Positions 30,017 through 40,067 of a DNA stretch of 64,000 bases are shown here, in pieces. Under the pieces are notes generated by a model. The model was not told the origin of the DNA and did not search any database. It saw only the letters and a program-made list of their open reading frames with translations. Source of the DNA: an uncultured Gammaproteobacteria bacterium (GTDB taxonomy: Bacteria > Patescibacteriota > Microgenomatia > Levybacterales > UBA12049). Every line of letters begins with the position of its first letter. Position 1 is the first letter of the stretch. The DNA is taken from the NCBI GenBank assembly GCA_964610465.1, contig CAZSWA010000006.1, forward strand, positions 4,332 through 68,331. Reading direction: 5' to 3'. A program made the translations under genes and the position numbers.

Positions 30017-30199
30017 ATGGCAGTAGAACGTTATCGACCAACGGAGAAACCTAAGAAAAAAACTATTGTTGATCCAGAAAAGCTTATAAAAGAAATGGAC
30101 GAATTAGAAATATTAGGAAAACGAGCACATCGTCTTGGTAGCGTTTCCCGGGATTTCACTCATACAAAACCTCGTCATAAAGCAAATAGAGGTTTTTAA
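30017..30199 (+). CDS. Hypothetical small basic protein
   Basis: 60-aa ORF, Lys/Arg-rich; no motif. Confidence 0.3.
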   Translation: MAVERYRPTEKPKKKTIVDPEKLIKEMDELEILGKRAHRLGSVSRDFTHTKPRHKANRGF

Positions 30200-30266
30200 A
30201 CCTTAGCTTCTTATAACCCATGCACTTTCTTTTTGTTTATCTTTATTTGCGTTATACTAATATAGT

Positions 30267-31085
30267 ATGAAGAACACTGTCGCAACAGAGAATATTCTTC
30301 AAATAACCAATCTCACTAAAAAATTCAAAGACTTTACTGCGGTGAATTCTATTTCATTTAATGTAAAAAAGGGAGAGATATTTGCTTTTTTAGGCCCAAA
30401 TGGAGCGGGGAAGTCGACCACAATAAAAATGCTGACAACACTTCTTCTTCCCACATCAGGAGAAATGATAATCAATGGCTACAACCCTGTGCAAGAACAA
30501 GATGAAGTAAGGAAATCATTTGGCATTGTGTTTCAGGATCCAAGTCTTGATGAAGAGCTTACAGCATATGAAAATATGGAATTTCATGGAGTTTTATATA
30601 AAGTACCTAAAGATTTACGAAAAAAAAGAATTCAAGAACTACTTATTATAGTTGATTTATGGGATAGAAAAGACCATTTGGTTAAAACTTTTTCAGGAGG
30701 TATGCGCCGAAGACTGGAAATTGCCAGAGGACTCCTGCATCATCCCAAAATCTTCTTTCTTGATGAACCAACTATTGGTCTTGATCCGCAAACACGAAAT
30801 CAAATGTGGTCATATATTGAAGATTTAAACAAAAAAGAAGGAATAACCGTTTTTTTTACTACGCATTATATGGAAGAAGCAGAACGGGTCGCACAAAGAA
30901 TTGCCATTATTGATAATGGACAAATAATTGCTCAAGGTACAGCAGATATGTTAAAAAAACAAACAAAAACGACCTCTTTGGAAGATGCATTTCTTGCCAT
31001 GACAGGACGCGCAATACGGGAAGAAGGAGCAAGCGCAGCAGAACATATGCGTATGAGCAGACAAATGTTTAGAGGAAGAAGATAA
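30267..31085 (+). CDS. ABC transporter ATP-binding protein (ABC-2 exporter type)
   Basis: Walker A GPNGAGKST, signature FSGGMRRRLEIARG, Walker B FFLDEPT. Confidence 0.85.
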   Translation: MKNTVATENILQITNLTKKFKDFTAVNSISFNVKKGEIFAFLGPNGAGKSTTIKMLTTLLLPTSGEMIINGYNPVQEQDEVRKSFGIVFQDPSLDEELTAYENMEFHGVLYKVPKDLRKKRIQELLIIVDLWDRKDHLVKTFSGGMRRRLEIARGLLHHPKIFFLDEPTIGLDPQTRNQMWSYIEDLNKKEGITVFFTTHYMEEAERVAQRIAIIDNGQIIAQGTADMLKKQTKTTSLEDAFLAMTGRAIREEGASAAEHMRMSRQMFRGRR

Positions 31086-31087
31086 TT

Positions 31088-31831
31088 ATGCAAGCAATTT
31101 ATATATTATGGCTTAGACAACTCAAACGATACATACGTTCCCGTTCTCGAATTATTGGTTCATTGGGACAGCCGGCATTGTTTTTGGTTGCTTTGGGATT
31201 TGGATTTGGTCCAATATTTCAGCGTGCAGGTGGAGGAAACTATATTAACTTTTTGGCTCCTGGCATTATTGCCCAGGGAATTTTGTTTACTGCAATTTTT
31301 TCAGGAATAGAACTCATATGGGATAGACAATTTGGATTTCTCAAAGAGACTCTTGTTGCTCCAGTATCAAGACTTGAAATAATGATAGGCAGAACTCTGG
31401 GGGGGGCCACCATTGCAACACTACAAGGAATTATTGTTTTTGTGTTAACTTTACTTATCGGCTTTCGGCCCTATATTTATTATCTGCCACTGGCAATTAT
31501 TATGATGTTTATTATTTCACTTTTATTCACTGCGCTTGGAACAGCAATTGCTTCTATGCTTGAAGATTTTCAAGGGTTTCAACTCATTATGAACTTTCTT
31601 GTAATGCCTTTGTTTTTTCTTTCCGGTTCGTTATTTCCGTTAACCGTTGCTCCTCAATTTCTTAAAATTATTTCAGATATTGATCCTCTCACCTATGGAG
31701 TTGACGGGTTGCGGGGAACACTTAGTGCTGTGTCACAATTTAGTCTCACTTTGGATATTACAATTTTGGCGGTCTTGACGATTATCCTGCTTTCTCTTGG
31801 AGCATACTTTTTCTCAAAAATTCAAATTTAG
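31088..31831 (+). CDS. ABC-2 family transporter permease
   Basis: 6 predicted TM; 2-nt gap to the ATPase. Confidence 0.7.
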   Translation: MQAIYILWLRQLKRYIRSRSRIIGSLGQPALFLVALGFGFGPIFQRAGGGNYINFLAPGIIAQGILFTAIFSGIELIWDRQFGFLKETLVAPVSRLEIMIGRTLGGATIATLQGIIVFVLTLLIGFRPYIYYLPLAIIMMFIISLLFTALGTAIASMLEDFQGFQLIMNFLVMPLFFLSGSLFPLTVAPQFLKIISDIDPLTYGVDGLRGTLSAVSQFSLTLDITILAVLTIILLSLGAYFFSKIQI

Positions 31832-31833
31832 TT

Positions 31834-32079
31834 ATGACATTTTTTGTCTATATTCTTGAATGTTCTGATAAAACATATTACATAGGATGTACCAATAATT
31901 TAGAGAAAAGATTTCATGAACACAATGCCTTAAAACGCGGTGCCCGTTATACAAAGATACGAAGACCTGTGATATTAAAATATTCAGAAAAATTTTCTAC
32001 TCTTCGTGATGCTAGAAGAAGGGAAAGTGAAATCAAAAAATGGAAAAGAGTACAAAAAGAAAAATTATGGAAAATATAA
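31834..32079 (+). CDS. GIY-YIG nuclease family protein (UPF0213-like)
   Basis: FFVYILECSDKTYYIGCTNNLEKRFHEHN. Confidence 0.75.
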   Translation: MTFFVYILECSDKTYYIGCTNNLEKRFHEHNALKRGARYTKIRRPVILKYSEKFSTLRDARRRESEIKKWKRVQKEKLWKI

Positions 32080-32121
32080 ATTGACTTTATTTTATATTTT
32101 TATTAGGCTTGATGTATATCA

Positions 32122-32427
32122 ATGAAACTGCCAAAAGAATTAACTACTGTTACTCGACTTTTCAAGACACTTGCGTTTATTCTGTTTATCAGTATGCCAA
32201 TTATTGCCTTCTTTTTGGACAGACAGTATCAACAAACAATAGATATCCAAGCAATGCAACAAAGTGTTTTATATACTCCAACACCTACAATTGAAAATAG
32301 TCAATCATCTTGTACTTCTGATGCTGATTGTCATAATGGTGCACGATGCATGGTAACAGGACCGCTTATCGCCAATCAGACTCCTCATAAAGTCTGTGTT
32401 CCAAGAGGTCAAGCAGTACCACTCTAA
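32122..32427 (+). CDS. Small secreted/membrane-anchored cysteine-rich hypothetical protein
   Basis: N-terminal hydrophobic segment; 6 Cys in the C-terminal half. Confidence 0.35.
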   Translation: MKLPKELTTVTRLFKTLAFILFISMPIIAFFLDRQYQQTIDIQAMQQSVLYTPTPTIENSQSSCTSDADCHNGARCMVTGPLIANQTPHKVCVPRGQAVPL

Positions 32428-32466
32428 AACCTTCCATAGATAATTCATTTCTGTTATACTAAATTA

Positions 32467-32829
32467 ATGCTATTTTTATTGGGACTTATTGTACTTGGAG
32501 TATTGGCTGGAATATTAAGCGGTCTTATAGGCATAGGAGGAGGAGTACTGATTGTTCCATCTCTTATTTTCTTTTTTGGATTTACTCAGAAAATTGCACA
32601 AGGCACAACGCTTGCACTGCTTGTTTTGCCAATTGGAATACTGGCTGCATGGACCTACTACAAACAAGGGTATGTAGACTTTCGAGTTGTTGCACTTATT
32701 ACGTTGGGTTTTATTGTCGGAGGATGGCTTGGTGCGCAATTTGCAACCAGAATTCCCAATGTTTTGTTAGCTAAGCTATTTGGTATCGTGCTTATATTAA
32801 TTGGTTTGAAGATGGTATTTTGGAAGTAA
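32467..32829 (+). CDS. TSUP/TauE-SafE-like half-size membrane protein (DUF81)
   Basis: 120 aa, 4 TM, Gly-rich LIGIGGGVLIVP motif. Confidence 0.55.
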   Translation: MLFLLGLIVLGVLAGILSGLIGIGGGVLIVPSLIFFFGFTQKIAQGTTLALLVLPIGILAAWTYYKQGYVDFRVVALITLGFIVGGWLGAQFATRIPNVLLAKLFGIVLILIGLKMVFWK

Positions 32830-32908
32830 TGCTTTATATAAAAATATTTTCATAATTCCTGTTTGTAATTCTTTTCCTTCTCCATGCTATAATCAATTTG
32901 TTTTTTTC

Positions 32909-33679
32909 ATGAAAAATCAGTTAAGAATTTGTACATGGAATATCCATTTCGGACACGAACTTCCCCTTATTCTCAAAATAATTAAAAAGTCAAAAGATTT
33001 TCAAAACATAGATTTACTTGCATTGCAAGAAACTTCAATACATAACGGCATTGACGATGCTTTGACAATTGCTCAGATACTTGGCAAGGAGTATGACTAT
33101 TTTCAAGTGAATGCACATTTGTTTAAAAAAATTCCACAAGCCAATGCACTTATCTGGAATACCAAAAGAATTATGGTTACAAAAAAAGAAAGTTTTTTTC
33201 TCCCGAAAGTATATCAAGGCAATATCTCACGACTTGAAAAAACGTTTTTCTTGTTTGTTCCGAAACAGCAGCGTAATAGTCTTGTTATTGAAGGAAAATT
33301 TAGTAAGAAAACAATTCGTATATATGTAAGTCATCTTGATGTGTTTGGTTTCGCTCATAAACGCGCACAACTCGCAACGGTTTTTCTGGATGAAAAAATA
33401 CGGGAAGAAGTTGATATGACTTTTATCGCAGGAGATTTTAATACCTTTAAATTTTATAAAAGACCAACCTGGCAATCGCTTGCTGATGATACTGCGCTTT
33501 ATGGATTTAAAGATATTACATCTGATATTATATGGACTTTTTTTCACCCCAAACTTCGGATGAGACAAAAACTTGACGCGATTTTTATAAAACCTCAGAA
33601 TCTTTCTTATACATCATGGAGTCTTGATATACCTGGCTCTGATCATATTCCTGTATTTGCCAATATAAATCTGCCATAG
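32909..33679 (+). CDS. Endonuclease/exonuclease/phosphatase (EEP) family protein
   Basis: N-terminal LRICTWNIHFG and C-terminal SDHIPV motifs. Confidence 0.7.
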   Translation: MKNQLRICTWNIHFGHELPLILKIIKKSKDFQNIDLLALQETSIHNGIDDALTIAQILGKEYDYFQVNAHLFKKIPQANALIWNTKRIMVTKKESFFLPKVYQGNISRLEKTFFLFVPKQQRNSLVIEGKFSKKTIRIYVSHLDVFGFAHKRAQLATVFLDEKIREEVDMTFIAGDFNTFKFYKRPTWQSLADDTALYGFKDITSDIIWTFFHPKLRMRQKLDAIFIKPQNLSYTSWSLDIPGSDHIPVFANINLP

Positions 33680-33750
33680 TACTGCCCGCTGTTGTTCCGC
33701 ACTTGTCGAATATCTTACGGTTGCGGAATCCAGGTTCCGTTTTCACGGGA

Positions 33751-35277
33751 ATGACAAAAAGTATGAAAAAAGAAAAAGGATTACTTATTCTCCATATCGA
33801 TGGGTTAAGCTTTAAAGCATTAGAAAGAGCATTGGAAAAAAACTATATGCCATTCACAAAAAAATTACTACAAAATGAGGAATATGAAATGCTTTCCTAT
33901 CGATGTGGTATTCCATCAACCACTCCATTTGTACAAGCGGGAATTATTTATGGCGACAATCAGGAAATTCCATCTTTTAACTGGTGGGATAAGCAATCAG
34001 GACTAAATGTTCATTTTGGATTGCAGTCAAGTTTTGGTAATGTGGCACATAAATATTTTTCTCATACAAAATCTCTTGCAGGATATGGAGCATGCATTGG
34101 GACATGCTTCCCCGGGAAAGCAAAAGAAACATTTGCACTTGCATATAGACGCCGTATCGCTGATGGAAGTTCGAAAACAATGAGAAGAGCACTTTTGTTT
34201 CATTGGATACGAAATCCGTTTCATATTATCGATTGGCTTTACAATTGTAGCTTGGTGTTGTTGAAGTTATTCATAGAAGTGATTTTTGCAACTTTTCAAG
34301 GCAGAAAAATTCCGCTTAAATATCTTGCCGGGAATCTTATGAACGAGTTTTTTTTACATCACTTAACCCGTTATGCAACTATGCTTGCAATGAAAAATAA
34401 TTATCCTGTTATTTACGCAGCGTTTTATGCATATGATGAAGTATCACATGCATTTGGACCTGAAGATCCATTTACAGAAAAAACACTTTTTCAAGTTGAT
34501 AAGACAATTCAATACCTAACAAAAAGAAGAACAGCTGAAGGATATTTGCCGAACAAACTGCTACTTTTTTTTGGACTTAAACCTAGATTTACACAAAGAG
34601 AGTATGAAGTCATAGTGCTTTCAGATCACGGACAAATACCAACGGTAAATTTCAAAACAAAAAATGGAAAACAAGTACATGAAATTATCGGTGAGTTTTT
34701 GCCAAATTATATTATTACAGACAAAACCGGAACAACCCACAAAAATAATGATAGATTCGATGGACATATTTTTATCACCTATTCTGGAGGATTAGCACAT
34801 CTTTATTTTACTGATATTTCCTGGCGTTTAAAATATAAGGAGATTCAGAAATATTTCCCAAAACTCCTGAGTAATATTCTTACTATAAAAGAAATAGAAG
34901 GAGTAATGATGAAAAATGAAAAAGGTATAGTGTTTCTTACCAAAAATAAAAAGTTTTACATCACAAAAAAACTTACAAAAGAGACAAAACAATTTTTGCA
35001 AAAATTTGATAATCCAGAAATTCTTGCAAAGCAATTACAGTTTTTAAATTCTTTTGAGAGAGCAGGAGATATTATCTTGTTTGGGAAATATGATAAGAAT
35101 ACGCAAATTAATTTTGAAGTACAATCAGGAGGACATGGTGGAATTGGAGGAGAACAAATGTTTCCATTTATTCTTGCAAGAAAACAGTGGAAAATTCCAG
35201 ACACTTCAATAGAAAGTGCTGTTGAAATGCACAAAGTACTCAAGATAATTAGAGAAAAACTTGTTAGTAAGAGATAA
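33751..35277 (+). CDS. Alkaline-phosphatase-superfamily nucleotide pyrophosphatase/phosphodiesterase (type I PDE)-like protein
   Basis: LILHIDGLSF metal-binding motif, VLSDHGQ, SGGHGGIGG; ORF begins 33703, start placed at MTKSMKKEKG. Confidence 0.65.
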   Translation: MTKSMKKEKGLLILHIDGLSFKALERALEKNYMPFTKKLLQNEEYEMLSYRCGIPSTTPFVQAGIIYGDNQEIPSFNWWDKQSGLNVHFGLQSSFGNVAHKYFSHTKSLAGYGACIGTCFPGKAKETFALAYRRRIADGSSKTMRRALLFHWIRNPFHIIDWLYNCSLVLLKLFIEVIFATFQGRKIPLKYLAGNLMNEFFLHHLTRYATMLAMKNNYPVIYAAFYAYDEVSHAFGPEDPFTEKTLFQVDKTIQYLTKRRTAEGYLPNKLLLFFGLKPRFTQREYEVIVLSDHGQIPTVNFKTKNGKQVHEIIGEFLPNYIITDKTGTTHKNNDRFDGHIFITYSGGLAHLYFTDISWRLKYKEIQKYFPKLLSNILTIKEIEGVMMKNEKGIVFLTKNKKFYITKKLTKETKQFLQKFDNPEILAKQLQFLNSFERAGDIILFGKYDKNTQINFEVQSGGHGGIGGEQMFPFILARKQWKIPDTSIESAVEMHKVLKIIREKLVSKR

Positions 35278-35281
35278 ATAG

Positions 35282-35809
35282 TTATTTATCTCTATAAATA
35301 TGATATTCAACTATATCTAAAATGTTATCTGACATATTTTGCTTTTTATATTCTGTCTTTGCGATTCCTCCTAACCATTCTGCTATTTTTCTACTTGCAA
35401 TATTCCTTTTATCAACAGGGTATTTTATATACTTGTAATGAATATTATTATCTAACCATTCTTTGATTGCAGTTACTGCTTCTCTGCCATATTTATGACC
35501 ATGAGCAGATTTTTTAATCCAAATGCCAAGCTCAGGCGTATCTGTATTAACTTTATGTGCTCCTCCACCTCCCAAAAATTCCTCAGTATTAATTTTGAGA
35601 ATAGTGACAGTAAGGTCTTCTCCTTTTAGCAATTTTTCTTGTGCAGTTTTAATAAATTGTAATGTATCATTGATATCTCTTGGTGGTTTGGGAAACATGT
35701 AGGTTGTTACTTCAGGTGTAAACTCATGAAATATTTTGTTAGCATATATTTCAGATACTGGTACTAACTCTAATCTCTTAGTTGTAATAGTTACGTTAGT
35801 TAAGTTCAT
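35282..35809 (-). CDS. GNAT-family N-acetyltransferase (RimJ/RimL-like)
   Basis: 175 aa; RLELVPVSEIYANKIFHEF N-terminus and acetyl-CoA-binding region. Confidence 0.75.
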   Translation of the reverse strand: MNLTNVTITTKRLELVPVSEIYANKIFHEFTPEVTTYMFPKPPRDINDTLQFIKTAQEKLLKGEDLTVTILKINTEEFLGGGGAHKVNTDTPELGIWIKKSAHGHKYGREAVTAIKEWLDNNIHYKYIKYPVDKRNIASRKIAEWLGGIAKTEYKKQNMSDNILDIVEYHIYRDK

Positions 35810-36061
35810 TCTAAAAAGATTATTATCTCTATCTTACTACTTTTTACAATTTTAAATAGGAAGGTTGATATTCTCGTCCAGGTAGTTCTTCTATCCGAAA
35901 CTGTAATCCTTTTGACTTTATTATATTCTGATAAACCGGGAAGCTGTCATAGCTCATCATCTTTTCTTTGTTCCCAAAATGAAAAGAATTCTCTTGTACC
36001 TTGTATTTCAGCTTTTGTCATTTGAATAGTATAGTAAAAGTAAGATTTTTTTTCAAAAAAA

Positions 36062-36814
36062 ATGTATAATGTTTGTGCTATGGAAATAAAAGATAAAGTT
36101 GTGATTGTGACGGGTGCGTCATCTGGCATAGGGAAAGCAACAGCAGAACTTTTTGCAAAAAAAGGTGCAAAGGTTGCGTTGGTTGCGCGAAGTAACGACA
36201 AACTTGAAGAGCTTGCAAAAAATTTCCCAGGGTCTTTGGTAGTGACAGATGATATGTCAAAAGAAGATGAAGTAAAAGCAATGGTTGCCAAAGTGTATAA
36301 ACATTTTGGCAGAATAGATATTCTAATAAACAATGCAGGTCAAGGGTATGATGCCTTAGTTGAGAAAATTAATAACAAAACATTTCATTATCTTTTTGAT
36401 TTAAACGTAGCAGGTGCTCTTATTGCTATGCAAGAAGTAATTCCAATTATGAGAAAACAAAAAGGAGGAGCAATTGTTAATATCAGTTCCGGTACTGCAC
36501 TTATGTATCTTCCTAAGATGAGTCCATATTCATCTCTCAAAAGAGCGTTGGTTGGAATTAGTTTAACAGCTCGTGAAGAACTAAAAAAAGATACCATCAA
36601 AGTAAGTGTGGTATATCCATATATCACAGAAACTGACTTTGAAAAAAATACCATCAAAGATTCACAAACTACATGGAGCGATGAAGAAGATGATAATTTT
36701 GAATTACCAAAAGGAGACAGTCCGAAATATGTTGCAAAAAAAATTCTTGAGGCAGTAACAAGTGGAGATGCGGAAGTATTTGCGCATGATTGGATGAAAA
36801 ACAGGAGAACATAA
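36062..36814 (+). CDS. SDR-family short-chain dehydrogenase/reductase
   Basis: TGASSGIGKATA Rossmann motif, NNAG, YxxxK (YSSLK); alternative start ATG 36080 (MEIKDK). Confidence 0.85.
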   Translation: MYNVCAMEIKDKVVIVTGASSGIGKATAELFAKKGAKVALVARSNDKLEELAKNFPGSLVVTDDMSKEDEVKAMVAKVYKHFGRIDILINNAGQGYDALVEKINNKTFHYLFDLNVAGALIAMQEVIPIMRKQKGGAIVNISSGTALMYLPKMSPYSSLKRALVGISLTAREELKKDTIKVSVVYPYITETDFEKNTIKDSQTTWSDEEDDNFELPKGDSPKYVAKKILEAVTSGDAEVFAHDWMKNRRT

Positions 36815-36864
36815 ATACCTATAGTATCTTGTTTCTTGCCAAAAGAAACTGTACAATAAAGAGC

Positions 36865-37572
36865 ATGTATCAAACAGATGTCCAAAAGCGCATGCTTGCT
36901 GCATACAATTTATTGACTGATTCTTCTTTCACACATGCTAAACTTGATGAAATAAGAACTCTTATTAAAGATATCAATCCTCGTCTTGATACTACACTTG
37001 AAAAGGTTTCACATGCGTTTTCAGAATATGAAAAAATCTCACAGGGAGAAATAATTGAACTAACAGCTGAACATTTACCCGAACAAACTGAAGAAGAAAA
37101 GAAACGCAAAAAGAAATTCTTATTTTTGTTCCAATCACTCAAAGATTTGCAGGGTGAAATAAAACGAGTGCAAAATGAATTAGAAAATAATTCCTCTTAT
37201 CGTTCTCCTCAAGAGCAAGTAAGGCGTTTTGGTAGACTTATTACTGGAGCAAAAGGAGCATTTGGTGTTGTTACCATAATTGCAGTTGCAATTGTTGGGT
37301 TTATGATAATTACCAATATTCATCAAACAAAACCTGCAGAAAAACAAGTGGCGGGAGCTGCAACAGGAAAAACATCGATAAAAGGAATCATTGTAAATGG
37401 CAAAAAAATTCCACTGGGTGCATTATATATTGGTTATGGTCCTGATTGTGATAGTCCACATTACCATGCTATAAATGAGAAAGCCCAAGCACTCGATGGA
37501 AGTATCGTGCAAGATCCTGGCGGATGCGGATTTGGAAGAGTCAAAGATGTAGCAGTTGTAGATATCCAATAA
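36865..37572 (+). CDS. Hypothetical membrane protein with coiled-coil region
   Basis: ORF from 36790; start placed at MYQTDVQ; one TM (VVTIIAVAIVGFMIITNI). Confidence 0.3.
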   Translation: MYQTDVQKRMLAAYNLLTDSSFTHAKLDEIRTLIKDINPRLDTTLEKVSHAFSEYEKISQGEIIELTAEHLPEQTEEEKKRKKKFLFLFQSLKDLQGEIKRVQNELENNSSYRSPQEQVRRFGRLITGAKGAFGVVTIIAVAIVGFMIITNIHQTKPAEKQVAGAATGKTSIKGIIVNGKKIPLGALYIGYGPDCDSPHYHAINEKAQALDGSIVQDPGGCGFGRVKDVAVVDIQ

Positions 37573-37617
37573 ACACCATTAATCTATTTGATTTTTAAAT
37601 TATTCTAATCATAGCTT

Positions 37618-38229
37618 ATGAACACTTATAAAAAAATATATAAACGCGATATAGAATTTCTCTTTGAAATTGGTAGTTTGCGGTTTATTCAACGTACATG
37701 GAAGCGTTTTTTAAATCTTGATGTAGAAAATCTTGCAGAACATCATTTGCGTGTAGTTTGGATTTCATTATATATTGCGAAATATGAGAAAGTAAAAAAT
37801 ACAGACAAAATAATGAAAATGGCATTACTTCATGATATCGCAGAAAGTAGGACTGGAGATGCTGACTATATTTCACGACAATATGTAACGAGAATGGAAG
37901 ATGTAGGAATTCATGATATGCTGGAAAATACAGCTCTTAAGGAAGAGTTTTTACAACTTTGGGAGGAGTATGAAAAAAAAGAGTCAATTGAAGCAAAAAT
38001 TGTCAAAGATGCAGATAATTTAGATGTTGATTTTGAAATAAAAGAACTTGAATCAAAAGGAAATCGTATAGTTGATGGGTGGAAGGAAAATAGAAAATTT
38101 ATAGCAGAAAATAAACTCTATACCGAAACGGCAAAACACATATGGAGTGAATTACAATCTGCAAATCCTCATAACTGGCATTATAAAGGAAGAAACCGTT
38201 TTAATAGTGGAGACCTAAAAAAGAAATAA
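37618..38229 (+). CDS. HD-domain hydrolase (YfbR-like 5'-deoxynucleotidase family)
   Basis: HHLRV...LLHDIAESRTGDADYISRQ. Confidence 0.7.
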   Translation: MNTYKKIYKRDIEFLFEIGSLRFIQRTWKRFLNLDVENLAEHHLRVVWISLYIAKYEKVKNTDKIMKMALLHDIAESRTGDADYISRQYVTRMEDVGIHDMLENTALKEEFLQLWEEYEKKESIEAKIVKDADNLDVDFEIKELESKGNRIVDGWKENRKFIAENKLYTETAKHIWSELQSANPHNWHYKGRNRFNSGDLKKK

Positions 38230-38246
38230 TAATCTAAAACCTCAAT

Positions 38247-38831
38247 TTATTTTTTCTGGCTGTGGGAGCGAAGAGCATTATACTCGTAATCCTGAATATT
38301 TGGTACATTATTGTAAACTTGTAACCAATTCGTTGCTATTTCTTTTTGCGCATTTGATAAGCTTATCGCACCATTGCAAACCTGTTCATGTAAATAATTT
38401 TCAACCATATCTTTTTCATGAAATCCGGGACGGGGTTCTGCAGCTTCCGGCCAGAGGTTGGCGATATCGTTTGATCCTCCAAGTTCAAGACTGATAAGAT
38501 GATCAATTTCATATTCACCTGTATGATGTGAGTAGATGCCATATTCTTGATATACTCCCTTTTTCTCTTCACTTGGAACATTTCTGATACTGGAACTATA
38601 TCCTGCAACGCAAATAGTTTGATGAATGTTGTACTGAGTAACTTGCATATCAGTAGCACCCGGAGTACAGGCACTATCAGGCAAACTATTATTGACTTGA
38701 CAACCTGAGATTTTGGTACGTAGACCAATTTGAGCGGGGAGTACTTGCTTGTTGATTTGATTGGTATTTTTATAGTAATAAAAGAAGGCAATAGCGACTA
38801 TAATAAAAAGCAAGAATATTAATTGTTTCAT
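38247..38831 (-). CDS. Signal-peptide-bearing HNH-family endonuclease
   Basis: N-terminal hydrophobic signal/anchor MKQLIFLLFIIVAIAFF; HNH core GEYEIDHLISLELGGSNDIANLWPE...FHEKD. Confidence 0.55.
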   Translation of the reverse strand: MKQLIFLLFIIVAIAFFYYYKNTNQINKQVLPAQIGLRTKISGCQVNNSLPDSACTPGATDMQVTQYNIHQTICVAGYSSSIRNVPSEEKKGVYQEYGIYSHHTGEYEIDHLISLELGGSNDIANLWPEAAEPRPGFHEKDMVENYLHEQVCNGAISLSNAQKEIATNWLQVYNNVPNIQDYEYNALRSHSQKK

Positions 38832-38875
38832 GAAGTATAATTATATATTATCGGGTAAAATAAATTAATGCAACT

Positions 38876-39319
38876 ATGCAAGCTGAACGTTTTACACTAA
38901 GAGCTGCCGCTTATCTATTACTTATAAAAGATAACAAGATCTTGATTATAAGGAGATATAACACTGGCTGGAGTGATGGGGAATATAGTCTAATAGCTGG
39001 ACATCTGGATGGTAATGAAACAGTATTGGAAAGTATGGTTCGTGAAGCGAATGAAGAAGCTGGAATTACAGTTAAGCCCACAGATTTACATATCATTCAT
39101 GTAATGCATCGAAAATCCATAGGTGAAGATTTAGAATATATAGATTTTTTTGTTAGTGCGGATAAATGGAAAGGCATACCAAGAATTACTGAAAAAGATA
39201 AATGTGATAATATGCAATGGGTTCCATTAAATAATCTCCCACAGAATGTTATTCCTCATGTAAAACAAGCAATATATAATTATAAAAACAAGATTGCGTT
39301 TTCGGAATTTGGATTTTAA
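38876..39319 (+). CDS. NUDIX hydrolase
   Basis: Nudix box GHLDGNETVLESMVREANEEAGI. Confidence 0.8.
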   Translation: MQAERFTLRAAAYLLLIKDNKILIIRRYNTGWSDGEYSLIAGHLDGNETVLESMVREANEEAGITVKPTDLHIIHVMHRKSIGEDLEYIDFFVSADKWKGIPRITEKDKCDNMQWVPLNNLPQNVIPHVKQAIYNYKNKIAFSEFGF

Positions 39320-39322
39320 TAT

Positions 39323-40063
39323 ATGCAAATAAAAGTTATTACATGGAACATATGGCGTGGCAAATATCTTGATGGAGTTATTGATTTCTTAAAAAGTAGT
39401 AATGCTGATATTATCGGGCTTCAGGAAATAATAGAAGATGAAAGTCTAACAAGTCGGGAGAACTTAGCACAAATTATTGCCAAATCACTTGGATATAATT
39501 ATGTATATTGTAAGGCTTTTACTACAGATAGACATATGCCTATATATGATATAGGGAATGCAATACTTAGCAAGTACGAAATACAAAATACCATGTGTAT
39601 AGAATTAAGCGGATTGAGCGATTACAAAAGTGATTCTACAACCGAACCCCGTAATGCAATAAAAGCTGAGATTACTATTAATAATAGAACACTTACTATT
39701 CTTAATACACATCTTGCATACTCTCATGAACTTAAGCCGTTTGAGCTTCGAACAAAACAAGTAGAAAAATTAATTCCACCTATCAAGTCACAAAATACTA
39801 TTTTAATGGGAGATTTTAATAGTATGTTGGAAAATGAAGAAATGAAAAGAATACAAGAAGTTATTCCCAATGCAGATACGAGTACAGAAAAACAGGCAAC
39901 ATGGAGTGTCTACCCAACTGATTATAAAGGATTTATAGTGAAAGGACTTGAATATAGAATTGATAATATTTTTGTAAGTAATGACATTCGTGTAGTCAAT
40001 TTTGCGATAGAAAGTTCAAGAGCTTCTGATCATCTCCCAATAAGTGTCCTTGTTGAAATATAG
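39323..40063 (+). CDS. Endonuclease/exonuclease/phosphatase (EEP) family protein
   Basis: IKVITWNIWRG N-terminus and SDHLPISV C-terminus. Confidence 0.75.
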   Translation: MQIKVITWNIWRGKYLDGVIDFLKSSNADIIGLQEIIEDESLTSRENLAQIIAKSLGYNYVYCKAFTTDRHMPIYDIGNAILSKYEIQNTMCIELSGLSDYKSDSTTEPRNAIKAEITINNRTLTILNTHLAYSHELKPFELRTKQVEKLIPPIKSQNTILMGDFNSMLENEEMKRIQEVIPNADTSTEKQATWSVYPTDYKGFIVKGLEYRIDNIFVSNDIRVVNFAIESSRASDHLPISVLVEI

Positions 40064-40067
40064 CGAT

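Noticed and set aside
36032-36070. Sigma-70 promoter for the SDR gene using TATAAT at 36065..36070
   Set aside because: The only -35-like hexamer (TTGAAT at 36032) is 27 nt away, so the spacing is wrong. The TATAAT also lies inside the longer version of the ORF, so it was not annotated.
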